Shown here in pieces: positions 54,211-64,000 of a DNA stretch of 64,000 nucleotides. The notes under the pieces are model-generated. The model had not been told where the DNA came from, ran no database searches, and saw nothing but the letters and a program-made list of their open reading frames with translations. The DNA is from Atribacterota bacterium. Lineage in GTDB: Bacteria > Atribacterota > Phoenicimicrobiia > Phoenicimicrobiales > Stramentimicrobiaceae. The position numbers were made by a program, and so were the translations under genes. The first letter of the stretch is position 1. Each line of letters opens with the position of its first letter. The DNA lies in assembly GCA_028717805.1 (NCBI GenBank), contig JAQUNC010000001.1, positions 52,269 through 116,268 of the forward strand. The letters are read 5' to 3'.

Positions 54211-56199
54211 TCAAACGTCTTCTTCAACCTTAATGTATTTAGTTTTAAGAGCGAATGGCTTGAAAGGTGTTCCTCCTGCTTGATAAAATTTAGTAAAAAA
54301 TTCAACATATTGCAGTCTTGCATCATGGATAAAAGCACTTAATCCACTAATTAATAGATTAAAGGTATGTCCTATTATTAGTATGATTATTGTTAGTAAA
54401 AAACCTATATAAGGAATATTGACCATAGTAGAAAGCATATTAAACATCTGAGCAATAATTCCGGTAGCCAATCCAAGTGCGAATAACCGGGAATAAGAAA
54501 GGACATCACTAAAATAACCGGTAATATCATATAGAGCAAGGACGCCACTGCCAATTCTTAATAAAATATCATTTTTAGTTCTTCCCTGGGTTAAAACAAT
54601 AGTTAGAATACCAATTAATGCAATAATCCAGGAAATTTTCCCTATAATGGAGGGCATCATGCTTTTTAATAAGACTAAAATTATACCGGTTAACAGAAAT
54701 AACCAGGATATCTGGTCCATCAATCCATCATATAATTTGCCATTTCTTATATTATCAATAAACTTTAAAATTATTCCTGTATAAACTTGTATAACTCCCA
54801 GAGTAAGACTCAATATTAATAGAGGAAGTGGATTATCCGTTGGTTCAAATAAGGCAAGTTTTTGGATTAGAACATTCCTTAAATTGGAAAACATTGGTGG
54901 TAAAAAATTTAAAATATCACCGAACCAGCTACCCACAAGAATTCCTCCAAAAATTCCCGATATACCGCAATAATAAAGCAATTTAAAAAATTTAGTGGGG
55001 CCTTCTCCCAATTTTATTTTTTTTATGGCGATGTAACTGATCAATGCCATAGAAGCACCATATCCTACATCAGAAAGACAAAGCCCAAAGAAAACAAAAT
55101 AAAATATAGAAAGGATTGGGGTCGGATCTATTTCATGGTAATTTGGTAAGCTATAAAGTTCAGTAATTATTTCAAACGGTTTTACCAGATTATTATTGTT
55201 TAGAGCAACTGGAATTTGTTCATCTTTTTTTGGTTTTGTAAAATCAATTTCATATTCAGTATAATTTTTTTCCAATCTTTTTTGTAATTTGGTAATATCT
55301 TTATTTTGTATCCAACCTTTAACAACAATTATTTTTTCACTCTTCTTTAAATATTTTTTAGTTTCCTCTTTTTCATGTATAATGGAAAGATAATCATATA
55401 AGGGATAAATAAGTTGATTGTCTCGGTGTAATTTAATTAAGATTTGTGCAATCTCACTTCTTCTTTTATCAATTAACATCAGTTGCTCGGAAATTGTTTT
55501 AAGTATTTGTTTAGGGGTACCGGTAAAGGAATAACTGTATTTATATATTTCAAAATGATATTTTTGAAGAATAGAATCAATTTTAGGCTGGTTTTCTTTT
55601 AAAGTAATAATTATAATGTTTAATTTATTCTTTTCTTCTTTGATTGTTTGAATAATAGTTGTTTTAACAAGGTGTTCTATATCAAACAATAGATTATTAA
55701 CATATTTTTTTGTTATGGAGCCAAGTATATATTTAATATATTTTCTTTTATCAATTTTATTAAAATCTAATTCTAAATCTTGCCATTTTTCTATTTCTTG
55801 TTTAGCGTTAATTAATTTATTCTCTTGTAATTTAATCCGATTAAGTTCATTATCCAATTCTTTACATTGTGTAAACAATTTTTCATAGTCAAACTGTTGT
55901 GAAATTTTTACCAGATCATTATAGCTATAGAACTTTTTTGATGGAAAAAATGAATTTAATCCCCTTCTCTTTTCACTTCCATAACTTGAAAGCAGCTCAA
56001 TGCAGAATTTTATATTATTTAATTTTACTGAGGTACCACTTTTAGTATCTTCTTCGATATCTTTCCAATTATGAAATTCTGCCTTTTCCTCAATATGAGA
56101 AATCTCCACACAACCTAATTTTTGCAAATCACTAAGTATAGGTTCTTTTATTGATAGATGAGCAAAAATATGAAATTTACTTACCGCAGATATAGCCAT
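54211..56199 (-). CDS. ntpI: V/A-type ATP synthase subunit I (a subunit)
   Basis: 662 aa with a soluble coiled-coil N-terminal half and a polytopic membrane C-terminal half. Confidence 0.9.
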   Translation of the reverse strand: MAISAVSKFHIFAHLSIKEPILSDLQKLGCVEISHIEEKAEFHNWKDIEEDTKSGTSVKLNNIKFCIELLSSYGSEKRRGLNSFFPSKKFYSYNDLVKISQQFDYEKLFTQCKELDNELNRIKLQENKLINAKQEIEKWQDLELDFNKIDKRKYIKYILGSITKKYVNNLLFDIEHLVKTTIIQTIKEEKNKLNIIIITLKENQPKIDSILQKYHFEIYKYSYSFTGTPKQILKTISEQLMLIDKRRSEIAQILIKLHRDNQLIYPLYDYLSIIHEKEETKKYLKKSEKIIVVKGWIQNKDITKLQKRLEKNYTEYEIDFTKPKKDEQIPVALNNNNLVKPFEIITELYSLPNYHEIDPTPILSIFYFVFFGLCLSDVGYGASMALISYIAIKKIKLGEGPTKFFKLLYYCGISGIFGGILVGSWFGDILNFLPPMFSNLRNVLIQKLALFEPTDNPLPLLILSLTLGVIQVYTGIILKFIDNIRNGKLYDGLMDQISWLFLLTGIILVLLKSMMPSIIGKISWIIALIGILTIVLTQGRTKNDILLRIGSGVLALYDITGYFSDVLSYSRLFALGLATGIIAQMFNMLSTMVNIPYIGFLLTIIILIIGHTFNLLISGLSAFIHDARLQYVEFFTKFYQAGGTPFKPFALKTKYIKVEEDV

Positions 56200-56201
56200 G
56201 C

Positions 56202-56552
56202 CTATTTCACCATCTGGTTTAAGACCATTTCTATAGCTTGGTCATATTTATTTATTATATCTTCTTTTATTTTTACCTTTTCTTTTTTACTATTTTCATA
56301 TATTTCTTTAGATTTCTTTTGAGCAACATTGATTCTTTCCTTCACCATATCTTGACTTTTTTTATGTAAATCAGAAATTATTTTCTCTTTATTTTCATTC
56401 TGTTTATTTATTTCCTCTTGAATCATTTTTTGAGCTTCTTTTTGGGCATTTATAATTATTCTTTCAGCTTCATTTTCCATATCTGTTAATTCTTTTACTA
56501 TTTTTTTTAACATGAGGTTGTTCTCCACAAGTATTTTATTTTTTTCCATCAT
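56202..56552 (-). CDS. ntpF: V/A-type ATP synthase small coiled-coil subunit (subunit G / NtpF-like peripheral stalk)
   Basis: 116 aa, an entirely charged helix, and the first gene of the operon, as in the Enterococcus hirae ntpFIKECGABD order. Confidence 0.55.
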   Translation of the reverse strand: MMEKNKILVENNLMLKKIVKELTDMENEAERIIINAQKEAQKMIQEEINKQNENKEKIISDLHKKSQDMVKERINVAQKKSKEIYENSKKEKVKIKEDIINKYDQAIEMVLNQMVK

Positions 56553-56714
56553 AGCTAAAATCTAAAAAATGCAACAAAATATTCTCTTAAGACAGAAGTT
56601 GTTAAGTATTTTTATTTCAAAAGCACATACAGTTAAAAATTTACCATAAATTGTTTTTCAAGTCAATTTTCACAATTGAAATTAGCTTGAGCTATCTTAG
56701 TAGTAAGGAATTTA

Positions 56715-57341
56715 TTAAGATTTTAGTTGTTTAACAATGTCTAAATACATTTGCAACCTTTTTTTAGTTCCTTCAATAATTCCATATTTTTCTTCCTTTA
56801 TAATCTGACTTAAATTAGTTAATTTTATTTTATCTACTCTATAGTGATATTTTTTTACCGTTTTAGTAATAGCAATTTCTAAACCATATTTTAGTAGATC
56901 AATGTCAGGAATAAGGTTTATTATTTCCCTTTTCATAGCTCTCTGGCCTGAAAGGTAGGGCATTATAAATTGAGATAGATCTGTTAATAGTCTTCCCTTA
57001 CTAAAAATACCAATAGTCATGTCAGCCAAATTACTTATAATTGGATTAACCAGAGAATAGATATGTCGTGTTTTTAAACCAATTAAATCAGCATCTAAAA
57101 ATAATAATATTTCAGAATCAGTTTGGTCAAAACCCTTCTTAATTGCACCACCCTTACCGACATTTCTTTCAATTTCATAAACGTTAACCTCTAAGGAAGT
57201 AGCAATTTTAACTGTTTGGTCAGTAGAACCATCACTTACTACTATAATGGAATTAATTTCTGGCACCTTCTTTACAGTTTTAATTACATTAGCAATAGTA
57301 CCTTCTTCATTATAAGCAGGTATTATAACAGAAATTTTCAT
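56715..57341 (-). CDS. Family 2 glycosyltransferase (polyprenol-phosphate sugar transferase-like)
   Basis: MKISVIIPAYNEEGTI...VVSDGSTD...DADL GT-A fold motifs, 208 aa. Confidence 0.8.
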   Translation of the reverse strand: MKISVIIPAYNEEGTIANVIKTVKKVPEINSIIVVSDGSTDQTVKIATSLEVNVYEIERNVGKGGAIKKGFDQTDSEILLFLDADLIGLKTRHIYSLVNPIISNLADMTIGIFSKGRLLTDLSQFIMPYLSGQRAMKREIINLIPDIDLLKYGLEIAITKTVKKYHYRVDKIKLTNLSQIIKEEKYGIIEGTKKRLQMYLDIVKQLKS

Positions 57342-57432
57342 TTACTATCATCCTCTTTGGTAATTTTCATATTATTGTTTTGTAAAATAATTTAAATATT
57401 CGGGAAAAACACAATAGTCGGCATTTCTATCA

Positions 57433-58509
57433 TTACATAGATCTTATCTCCCGATTTAAAATCTCGATAGCCTCTTTTATATTATATCGTCCAATCAATT
57501 TTCCTTTTTTAAATAGCATTGCCTCTTTGTTATTAAAAGCAATTCCTGCATCAGCCATTTTTGCTTCACCTGGTCCATTAACTATACAACCCATGATGGC
57601 AACTGTAAAAGGATATTTTATATCACTCAAGATAGATTCTACTTTCTTAGCAATTTTATATATATCGACTTGACATCTTCCACAGGTGGGACAGGTTATT
57701 AAGTTGATGCCTATTTTTTTTATTTCTAATGCTCGTAATATATCATGACCAACCAGAACTTCTTTTACCGGATCTCCAGTTAAAGAAACCCTAATGGTAT
57801 CTCCGATCCCTTCATATAATAATATACTAATTCCTACTGCTGATTTGATGACGCCTGATTGATCAAATCCAGCTTCGGTAATACCAATATGTAGAGGATA
57901 ATCACAATTTTGAGCAATAATTTTATTAGCTTTTATGGTGTCAATAACGTTACTTGATTTAATAGAAATAACAAAATTTTGATATTCTATTTTTTTTAAG
58001 AAGGTAATTAACTGCTCAGCTTCTTCTGCCAAAGCTAAATAACTTGGTTCCTTATACTTTTCCATAATACTTTTATCTAGAGATCCTGCATTAATTCCAA
58101 AACGAATCATAACATTTTTCTTTTGAGCTTCTTCAATAACTTGAATTATTTCTGATTCTTTTTTTATATTACCAGGATTTATTCGAATACCATCAATATT
58201 ATATTTAATAGCTTCTAGTGCTATTAGATAATTAAAATGTACATCAGCCATGATAGGTACCCTCGTCTTATTCTTAATTACTGCTATTAGCTGACATGAT
58301 TGGATATCTGGGAAAGCAATCCTGATTAGATCACATCCTGATGATTCTAATTGTCTAATTTGTTCCAAGGTAGATTTGATATCTTTAATATCACAGCTAG
58401 TCATTGATTGAACAGAAATGGGATGGCTACTACCAATTTGTAATGTACCTATCTTTGCAGTTTTACTTTTTCTTCTCGTAATATTAATTAAATTGGACCT
58501 ATTAGACAT
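57433..58509 (-). CDS. ispG: 4-hydroxy-3-methylbut-2-en-1-yl diphosphate synthase IspG
   Basis: TIM-barrel N-domain plus a C-terminal 4Fe-4S CPTCGRC...C motif, 358 aa. Confidence 0.95.
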   Translation of the reverse strand: MSNRSNLINITRRKSKTAKIGTLQIGSSHPISVQSMTSCDIKDIKSTLEQIRQLESSGCDLIRIAFPDIQSCQLIAVIKNKTRVPIMADVHFNYLIALEAIKYNIDGIRINPGNIKKESEIIQVIEEAQKKNVMIRFGINAGSLDKSIMEKYKEPSYLALAEEAEQLITFLKKIEYQNFVISIKSSNVIDTIKANKIIAQNCDYPLHIGITEAGFDQSGVIKSAVGISILLYEGIGDTIRVSLTGDPVKEVLVGHDILRALEIKKIGINLITCPTCGRCQVDIYKIAKKVESILSDIKYPFTVAIMGCIVNGPGEAKMADAGIAFNNKEAMLFKKGKLIGRYNIKEAIEILNREIRSM

Positions 58510-58526
58510 ATTATCAAAACGTACCT

Positions 58527-59609
58527 TTATTGAACAAATATTCTTAAAATATCCTGATAAGTAGCGATTATAAAAATCATAATAATTAACGCAATACCAA
58601 TAATATATAGAAAATTAATATGTTCTGGTTGTATTGGTTTACCTCTTATTTTTTCAATCATTAATAAAAGAATTTGACCGCCATCCAGAATGGGAATAGG
58701 AAAAAGGTTAATAATTCCTAAAAATATATTAATTACTGCAGTAAAAAATAGTAAGTTTAAGAAGCCAAATTGTGCCGCCTCTCCAGCCATTTGAGCAATA
58801 CCCAATGGACCAGCGAGTTCAACAGGTACCTTACCGGTAAACATTTCTAAAAATCCTTTTATAATTAAACAAAATATTTCTCCAGTAGTAACAATTGACT
58901 TTTTAATAGACTGTAAAATAGATGATTTCTTTACTTTAAGTTCCAAGGTTATCCCTATCAGGGCCCTCTCTAATTCTTCATTGTATTCTGGCATAAGAGT
59001 GGTTTCAAAAATATTATTATTTCGCGATATTTTCAAAGAAATAATAATATCTCGATTGTTATTTATTATTTTAGAAATATCTTCGGCATTCTCTATAGTT
59101 ATTGAGTTAATAGCGATAATTTGGTCTCCCTTTTGAAGTCCGGATTCTTCAGCTGGTGTCCCAGGAGTAACTTCTGCAATAGTATTTGATATTGTTGCTA
59201 TGCCGGAAAAGAAAAAGACCAGTATTAATAAGCATATAGCTAAAATCACATTCATTACAGGACCATTTATTATAACAGAGGTTCTAATTAAAAATGATTT
59301 TTTATCAAATCTTTGATGTTCAGGAACATATTCGTCGGGATCTATTGTCCCAATGTCATTATCTATTTCATTTTGTGTGCCTTCCCCAGCCATCTTCACA
59401 TAACCACCGAAAGGAAATAAACATAATATATATTCAGTTCCTTTCCATGATATGCCGGCAATTTTAGGACCAAAACCTAAAGAAAATTTAAATACTTTTA
59501 TACCTGATATTTTTGCTATAATAAAATGTCCGAATTCATGAAATAAAATAGCTATGCCTAGTACAAATATAAAAGCAAAAAAAGTTATCAATTTATATTC
59601 TCCTTGCAT
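58527..59609 (-). CDS. rseP: Site-2 protease RseP (zinc metalloprotease with PDZ domain)
   Basis: HEFGHF zinc motif, a PDZ domain, and the LDGG motif. Confidence 0.9.
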   Translation of the reverse strand: MQGEYKLITFFAFIFVLGIAILFHEFGHFIIAKISGIKVFKFSLGFGPKIAGISWKGTEYILCLFPFGGYVKMAGEGTQNEIDNDIGTIDPDEYVPEHQRFDKKSFLIRTSVIINGPVMNVILAICLLILVFFFSGIATISNTIAEVTPGTPAEESGLQKGDQIIAINSITIENAEDISKIINNNRDIIISLKISRNNNIFETTLMPEYNEELERALIGITLELKVKKSSILQSIKKSIVTTGEIFCLIIKGFLEMFTGKVPVELAGPLGIAQMAGEAAQFGFLNLLFFTAVINIFLGIINLFPIPILDGGQILLLMIEKIRGKPIQPEHINFLYIIGIALIIMIFIIATYQDILRIFVQ

Positions 59610-60754
59610 ATTTTTTCAGTTAGCTTTCTAGTTTCACGATCTTGATAGATAATATCATGAATATTAGGATTAGATTGATTTTGGTGAGTTTTCATCACCA
59701 TTGAAACAACTTTAATAATGTCTTTAAATCTCAATCCTTGATTTAAAAAAGCATTGACAGCTACCTCGTTTGCTGCATTTAATACTACTGGTAAGGTACC
59801 ACCCTGTCGAATTGCTTCATAACATAATTCAATACTAGGAAATCTTTTTGAATCAAGTTTTTTGAAGGTTAACTGCCCAATTTTTGCTAGATTAATTCGA
59901 GGTAGAGAATTTTTTACTCTAATAGGATAATGTAAGGCAAAATGTATTGGAATCCTCATATCATGATTACTCAATTGAGCAATCATACTGCCGTCATCAT
60001 ATTGGACCAGGGAGTGAATATAACTTTGAGGATGTATTAAAACTTCTATTTTATTTAAGGGGACATTAAAGAGCCAATAAGCTTCTATTATTTCTAAACC
60101 CTTATTCATTAATGTAGCTGAATCTATGGATACTTTTTTACCCATTTGCCAATTGGGATGATTCAAGGCTTCCTCTACAGAGATATTTTCTAGTGCACTT
60201 TCTTTTAAATGATAAAATGGTCCGCCGGATGCAGTAATAATTACTTTTTCTATATTTTCATAATAATCAGGCATAATGCATTGGAAAATAGCACTATGTT
60301 CACTGTCGATGGGAATTATTTTTATATTATTTTCTTTTGCTTTTTTCATTATTATTTCGCCCGCAGATACAATGATTTCTTTATTAGCCAGACAGATTTG
60401 CTTTTTTGCATTGATAGCTTCTACAGTTGGTTTTAATGCTGCCATACCTGTAATTGCTACTATAATCAAATCGACATCTGGCAATGTAGATATTTTAGTA
60501 AGTCCATATTCGCCATATAATATATGGCAACTAATTTTATTGTTTAATCTATTTATTAGTTCTTTTGCTATTTTATCATCTCTGACTACTGCATATTTTG
60601 GTTTAAATTTTATAATTTGCTCTTTCAATAATTCCAAATTTCTCCATGCAGATAATCCAAAAACTTCAAATTTTTCTGGTTCATTTTGGATTATCTGTAA
60701 GGTTTGTGTTCCTATTGAACCAGTTGAACCTAAGATTGTTAACTGTTTTTTCAT
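59588..60754 (-). CDS. dxr: 1-deoxy-D-xylulose 5-phosphate reductoisomerase
   Basis: LTILGSTGSIGTQTL NADPH-binding N-terminus, 388 aa. Confidence 0.95.
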   Translation of the reverse strand: MKKQLTILGSTGSIGTQTLQIIQNEPEKFEVFGLSAWRNLELLKEQIIKFKPKYAVVRDDKIAKELINRLNNKISCHILYGEYGLTKISTLPDVDLIIVAITGMAALKPTVEAINAKKQICLANKEIIVSAGEIIMKKAKENNIKIIPIDSEHSAIFQCIMPDYYENIEKVIITASGGPFYHLKESALENISVEEALNHPNWQMGKKVSIDSATLMNKGLEIIEAYWLFNVPLNKIEVLIHPQSYIHSLVQYDDGSMIAQLSNHDMRIPIHFALHYPIRVKNSLPRINLAKIGQLTFKKLDSKRFPSIELCYEAIRQGGTLPVVLNAANEVAVNAFLNQGLRFKDIIKVVSMVMKTHQNQSNPNIHDIIYQDRETRKLTEKICKENIN

Positions 60755-60789
60755 AATAATAATCTTTTCTCCAGTATTTCACAAAAATA

Positions 60790-61596
60790 TTATAATACAA
60801 TTTGAAAGGTATAATATAGAATTGGAATAGCAAATAAAATACTGTCCATACAGTCTAAGATACCTCCATGTCCGGGTAGTAATGTACCAGAATCTTTTAC
60901 TCCAAAATTTCTTTTTATTAAAGACTCAAATAGATCTCCAATCTGACCGGCAATTGCTGCAATAAGACCCAAGATAATTAATGTATATATTTTTAACGGA
61001 AGTATAGAGTAAAAAGCTAAAGCACATATCCCCCCACTTAAGAAGCCACCTATTGCACCTTCTAAGGTTTTATTTGGACTTAGATATGGGAAAGGATGTT
61101 TTTTCCCAAAATTAATTCCAACTAGATAAGCAAAAATATCGCTTATCCAAGTGCAAAATAAGGAAAAGGTTAATAATATTTTACCATTTGTGAGGCCTCT
61201 AATTTCTATAAAGAATGATAATAGATGACCTATATATATTGCCATAAATATAGTTAGTGTAATATTTAAAATACTACGTTTATGAGGCTTTATAAAAAAA
61301 TGTTCCAAAATAATTAAAAAAAATAGCAGTGTAAAGATTAGTTTAATGTTACTAAATAATTCCGATATGTTTTTCAGAAATAAAAAAAATATTGTAAGAG
61401 TTACACCTAGTATTAAAGAAGGTTGATATTCTTGATGTTTTATTATATGCCACAGCTCCCAAAAAGCTAATATAGTAATTAAAATTATAGTCGAATAATA
61501 TAATATTCCACCAAAGTGAATTATTAATAATATTATAGGTAGACCAATAACAATAGTAAGTATTCGAGCACTTATTTTCTCAAACTTTTTCCCCAA
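60790..61596 (-). CDS. cdsA: Phosphatidate cytidylyltransferase CdsA
   Basis: 268-aa polytopic protein with the C-terminal signature ...GDLFESLIKRNFGVKDSGTLLPGHGGILD. Confidence 0.85.
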   Translation of the reverse strand: MGKKFEKISARILTIVIGLPIILLIIHFGGILYYSTIILITILAFWELWHIIKHQEYQPSLILGVTLTIFFLFLKNISELFSNIKLIFTLLFFLIILEHFFIKPHKRSILNITLTIFMAIYIGHLLSFFIEIRGLTNGKILLTFSLFCTWISDIFAYLVGINFGKKHPFPYLSPNKTLEGAIGGFLSGGICALAFYSILPLKIYTLIILGLIAAIAGQIGDLFESLIKRNFGVKDSGTLLPGHGGILDCMDSILFAIPILYYTFQIVL

Positions 61597-62323
61597 ATTT
61601 TCTCACCCTTTTTTCATAATCACTTAATGCTTTCCATAGTTGTTTTTTTGAAAAGTCTGGCCAGAAGGTCTTTGTAAACCACAACTCGGTATAAGCAATT
61701 TGCCACAGAAGGAAATTGCTTATCCTTAGTTCCCCTCCTGTTCTAATTAATAAATCAGGATCAGGTAATCTTGAAGTAAAAAGATGTTCATTAATAAGAT
61801 TCTGGTTTATCTGCGATGGATCTATTTTTCTCTGGAGAATATCTTCAGAAATTAATTTAAAAGCATGACACAATTCTGATCTTCCACCGTAGTTAATGGC
61901 GATATTGAGTAAAAATTTTTTATTTTTTTTAGTTTTTTCTTCGATATTTTCCATAGCTAATTTAAGTGGCATGGGCAAATTGTCTCTGTGTCCTATAAAT
62001 CTAACTCTAATATTATTTTCTAATAAACTCATTTTCCCTTTTTCGATCATTTCTTGAAATAGATTCATTAATGAGGATATTTCTTGTTTTGGCCTTTTCC
62101 AATTTTCGGTAGAAAAAGCATATAATGTCAAAATACCTATACCAACTTTAATTGATTCAGCAATTACCATTTTAACAGTTTTAACGCCAGCTTTATGCCC
62201 AGCAAAACGTGGCAAATTGCGCTTCTTTGCCCATCTGCCATTTCCATCCATTATAATAGATAAATGATTTGGGATTACCATGAACCTTGTTCTATTTAAA
62301 TTATTTTTATTATTTTTTAACAT
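61580..62323 (-). CDS. uppS: Undecaprenyl diphosphate synthase (isoprenyl transferase) UppS
   Basis: HLSIIMDGNGRWA and ...ELWF motifs, 247 aa. Confidence 0.95.
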   Translation of the reverse strand: MLKNNKNNLNRTRFMVIPNHLSIIMDGNGRWAKKRNLPRFAGHKAGVKTVKMVIAESIKVGIGILTLYAFSTENWKRPKQEISSLMNLFQEMIEKGKMSLLENNIRVRFIGHRDNLPMPLKLAMENIEEKTKKNKKFLLNIAINYGGRSELCHAFKLISEDILQRKIDPSQINQNLINEHLFTSRLPDPDLLIRTGGELRISNFLLWQIAYTELWFTKTFWPDFSKKQLWKALSDYEKRVRKFGEKV

Positions 62324-62496
62324 GCATTATACTTACCTTTTCTTATAAAAAAACCCCCATTTTTTAAAAAAATTCATTAATACATTCTATTTATATAATA
62401 ATCTGGGGGAAATTTATTATATTTAATAATAACCTTTTGTGTTTTTTAAGTGAGAATCTTATAAACCATCCTCTCAAGGAAATAATTTTATCTTAA

Positions 62497-63054
62497 TCAT
62501 ACTTTCATTATTTCTATTTCTTTTGTTTTACAAATTTCATCAAGTTCTTTAATAAAGGAATCCGTTAAATCCTGTACTTTTTTAAAAATTTCCTTACTTT
62601 GATCCTCAGAAATATCACTATTTTTTTCGAGTCTTTTAACTTGGTCATTAATTTCTCTTCTTACGTTTCTAATAGCAACTTTCCCTGATTCAATCTCTTT
62701 TTTTACTACTTTCACTATTTCTTTCCTTCGCTCTTCGGATAAAGGAGGAATTGATAGCCGGATAACAGTTCCATCACTATTAGGAGTTAATCCAATATCA
62801 GCTTTCCAAATGGCTTTTTCAACCTCGCTAACAAAATTTTTATCCCATGGTTGTATCACGATTAAATCAGATTCGGGGACAGTAATATTAGCGATTTCTT
62901 TTAGGGGAGTTAAAACACCATAATATTCAATTTTAATTTTTTCAACTAAAGCAGTCGAAGCCCTTCCAGTTCTAATTTGAGATAATTCTTCCTTAGTTAT
63001 TTCTATTGCCTTTTTCATTTTGTAATCAGCTTCTTTTGTTATCTCAAGTAACAT
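62497..63054 (-). CDS. frr: Ribosome recycling factor
   Basis: 185 aa with EDQSKEIFKKVQDLTD... and the typical frr fold sequence. Confidence 0.95.
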   Translation of the reverse strand: MLLEITKEADYKMKKAIEITKEELSQIRTGRASTALVEKIKIEYYGVLTPLKEIANITVPESDLIVIQPWDKNFVSEVEKAIWKADIGLTPNSDGTVIRLSIPPLSEERRKEIVKVVKKEIESGKVAIRNVRREINDQVKRLEKNSDISEDQSKEIFKKVQDLTDSFIKELDEICKTKEIEIMKV

Positions 63055-63056
63055 AT

Positions 63057-63782
63057 TTAATCCTCCTTCACAATGGTTCCAATAGGTTCTCCTAAAATTA
63101 CTTTCTTAATATTACCAGGTAAATTCAAATTAAATACAATTACTGGTACTTTATTTTCCATGCATAACGAGATGGAAGTTGCATCCATTACTTTTAAATT
63201 TTTATTTAAAAATTCAAGAAAACTTATCTTTTTAAATTTTAAAGCATTGGTATTAACTAGGGGATCTGATTCATAAATACCATCAACTTTAGTGGCTTTT
63301 AGTATTGCATCAGCTTCTAACTCTATTGCTCTCAAGGCTGCGGCAGTATCGGTGGTAAAAAAGGGGTGACCAGTGCCAGCTGCCAGGATAACAATACGTC
63401 CTTTTTCTAAATGTCTTATTGCTCTTCTTCTAATATAAGGCTCGGCAATTGATCTCATTTCAATGGCTGTCTGTACTCTTGTTTCAATATTAAGTTTTTC
63501 TAAAAAATCTTGTAAGGCAAGAGCGTTAATAACCGTACCTAGCATCCCCATATAATCAGCAGAAACCTGGTTGATACCCTTAGCAGTAGCCTCTCTTCCT
63601 CTAAAAATGTTTCCTCCTCCTATAACAACAGCAATCTGAATTCCCATCTGTTTTATTTCCGCTAATTCAGCAGAGATGAACTTAACACGCTCAATTTCAA
63701 TACCAACTTTTTTTTCACCGGAGAAAGACTCTCCTCCTAATTTCAATAATATCCTTTTATAAATAGATTGTTCTTTTTTCAT
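63057..63782 (-). CDS. pyrH: UMP kinase PyrH
   Basis: [11 protein letters not shown]..., GGGNIFRG, 241 aa. Confidence 0.95.
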   Translation of the reverse strand: MKKEQSIYKRILLKLGGESFSGEKKVGIEIERVKFISAELAEIKQMGIQIAVVIGGGNIFRGREATAKGINQVSADYMGMLGTVINALALQDFLEKLNIETRVQTAIEMRSIAEPYIRRRAIRHLEKGRIVILAAGTGHPFFTTDTAAALRAIELEADAILKATKVDGIYESDPLVNTNALKFKKISFLEFLNKNLKVMDATSISLCMENKVPVIVFNLNLPGNIKKVILGEPIGTIVKED

Positions 63783-63858
63783 TTTACTCGAATTTATTAA
63801 TTTATTTTAGAAAGGGTAAAATTTATCAAGAGTAGATTATAAAAAATATATTATATCT

Positions 63859-64000
63859 ACTCACCCAGTTGATATCTCACAAATCTTTTAATTTGGATAT
63901 TTTCTTTTAATTTAGATATGGTTTCTAAAATTAATTGATTAACATCGATCTCGGGATTACGAATATAATCTTGCTCAATTAAACAATGTTCTTTTAAAAA
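63859..64000 (-). CDS. tsf: Elongation factor Ts, C-terminal fragment (5' part lies beyond the window end)
   Basis: The reverse-strand frame is open to the window edge and ends ...NIQIKRFVRYQLGE*. The tsf-pyrH-frr synteny supports the call. Confidence 0.7.

Noticed and set aside
56715-57341. GT2 glycosyltransferase as an extra, novel V-ATPase operon member
   Set aside because: A 162-bp promoter-like spacer separates it from the operon, it is unrelated to any ATPase subunit, and it fits better with the downstream isoprenoid and lipid-carrier genes (uppS, cdsA).

Overview
This is a low-GC (about 30%) bacterial chromosomal window that is almost entirely conserved housekeeping genes. Positions 1-43023 carry 37 genes on the + strand, with only rpsT on the - strand. 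They include folC (3' part), comEA-comEC-holA, murJ, lepA, hemW and the CIRCE-regulated hrcA-grpE-dnaK-dnaJ operon followed by mtaB. Next come nusA-ylxR-infB-DUF503-rbfA-nrnA-truB-ribF, rpsO-pnp, dut, uppP and ftsK. The rest of this half is a BMP-family nucleoside ABC transporter operon, a rodZ-like gene, a hypothetical, thpR, recA-recX, rny and miaB-miaA. Positions 43920-64000 carry 23 genes, all on the - strand. They are an Mth938-like gene, a MEMO1-like gene, an NHL/TPR membrane protein, plsC, tRNA-Arg(CCG), a complete V/A-type ATPase operon in ntpFIKECGABD order, a GT2 glycosyltransferase, and the cluster ispG-rseP-dxr-cdsA-uppS-frr-pyrH-tsf(partial). The two gene blocks converge on a roughly 900-bp ORF-free tract (43024-43919) that is about 85% AT. 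At its left edge is a 28-bp sequence matching the Firmicutes-type dif (XerC/D) site at 22 of 28 positions. I read this as the replication terminus. Other supportable elements are a perfect CIRCE operator, several intrinsic terminator hairpins, a promoter plus terminator in the nusA leader, and a 50-bp perfect direct repeat inside the NHL-repeat gene. I found no CRISPR array, IS element, integrase or obvious defence system. Apart from the terminus architecture, the window is ordinary core genome.
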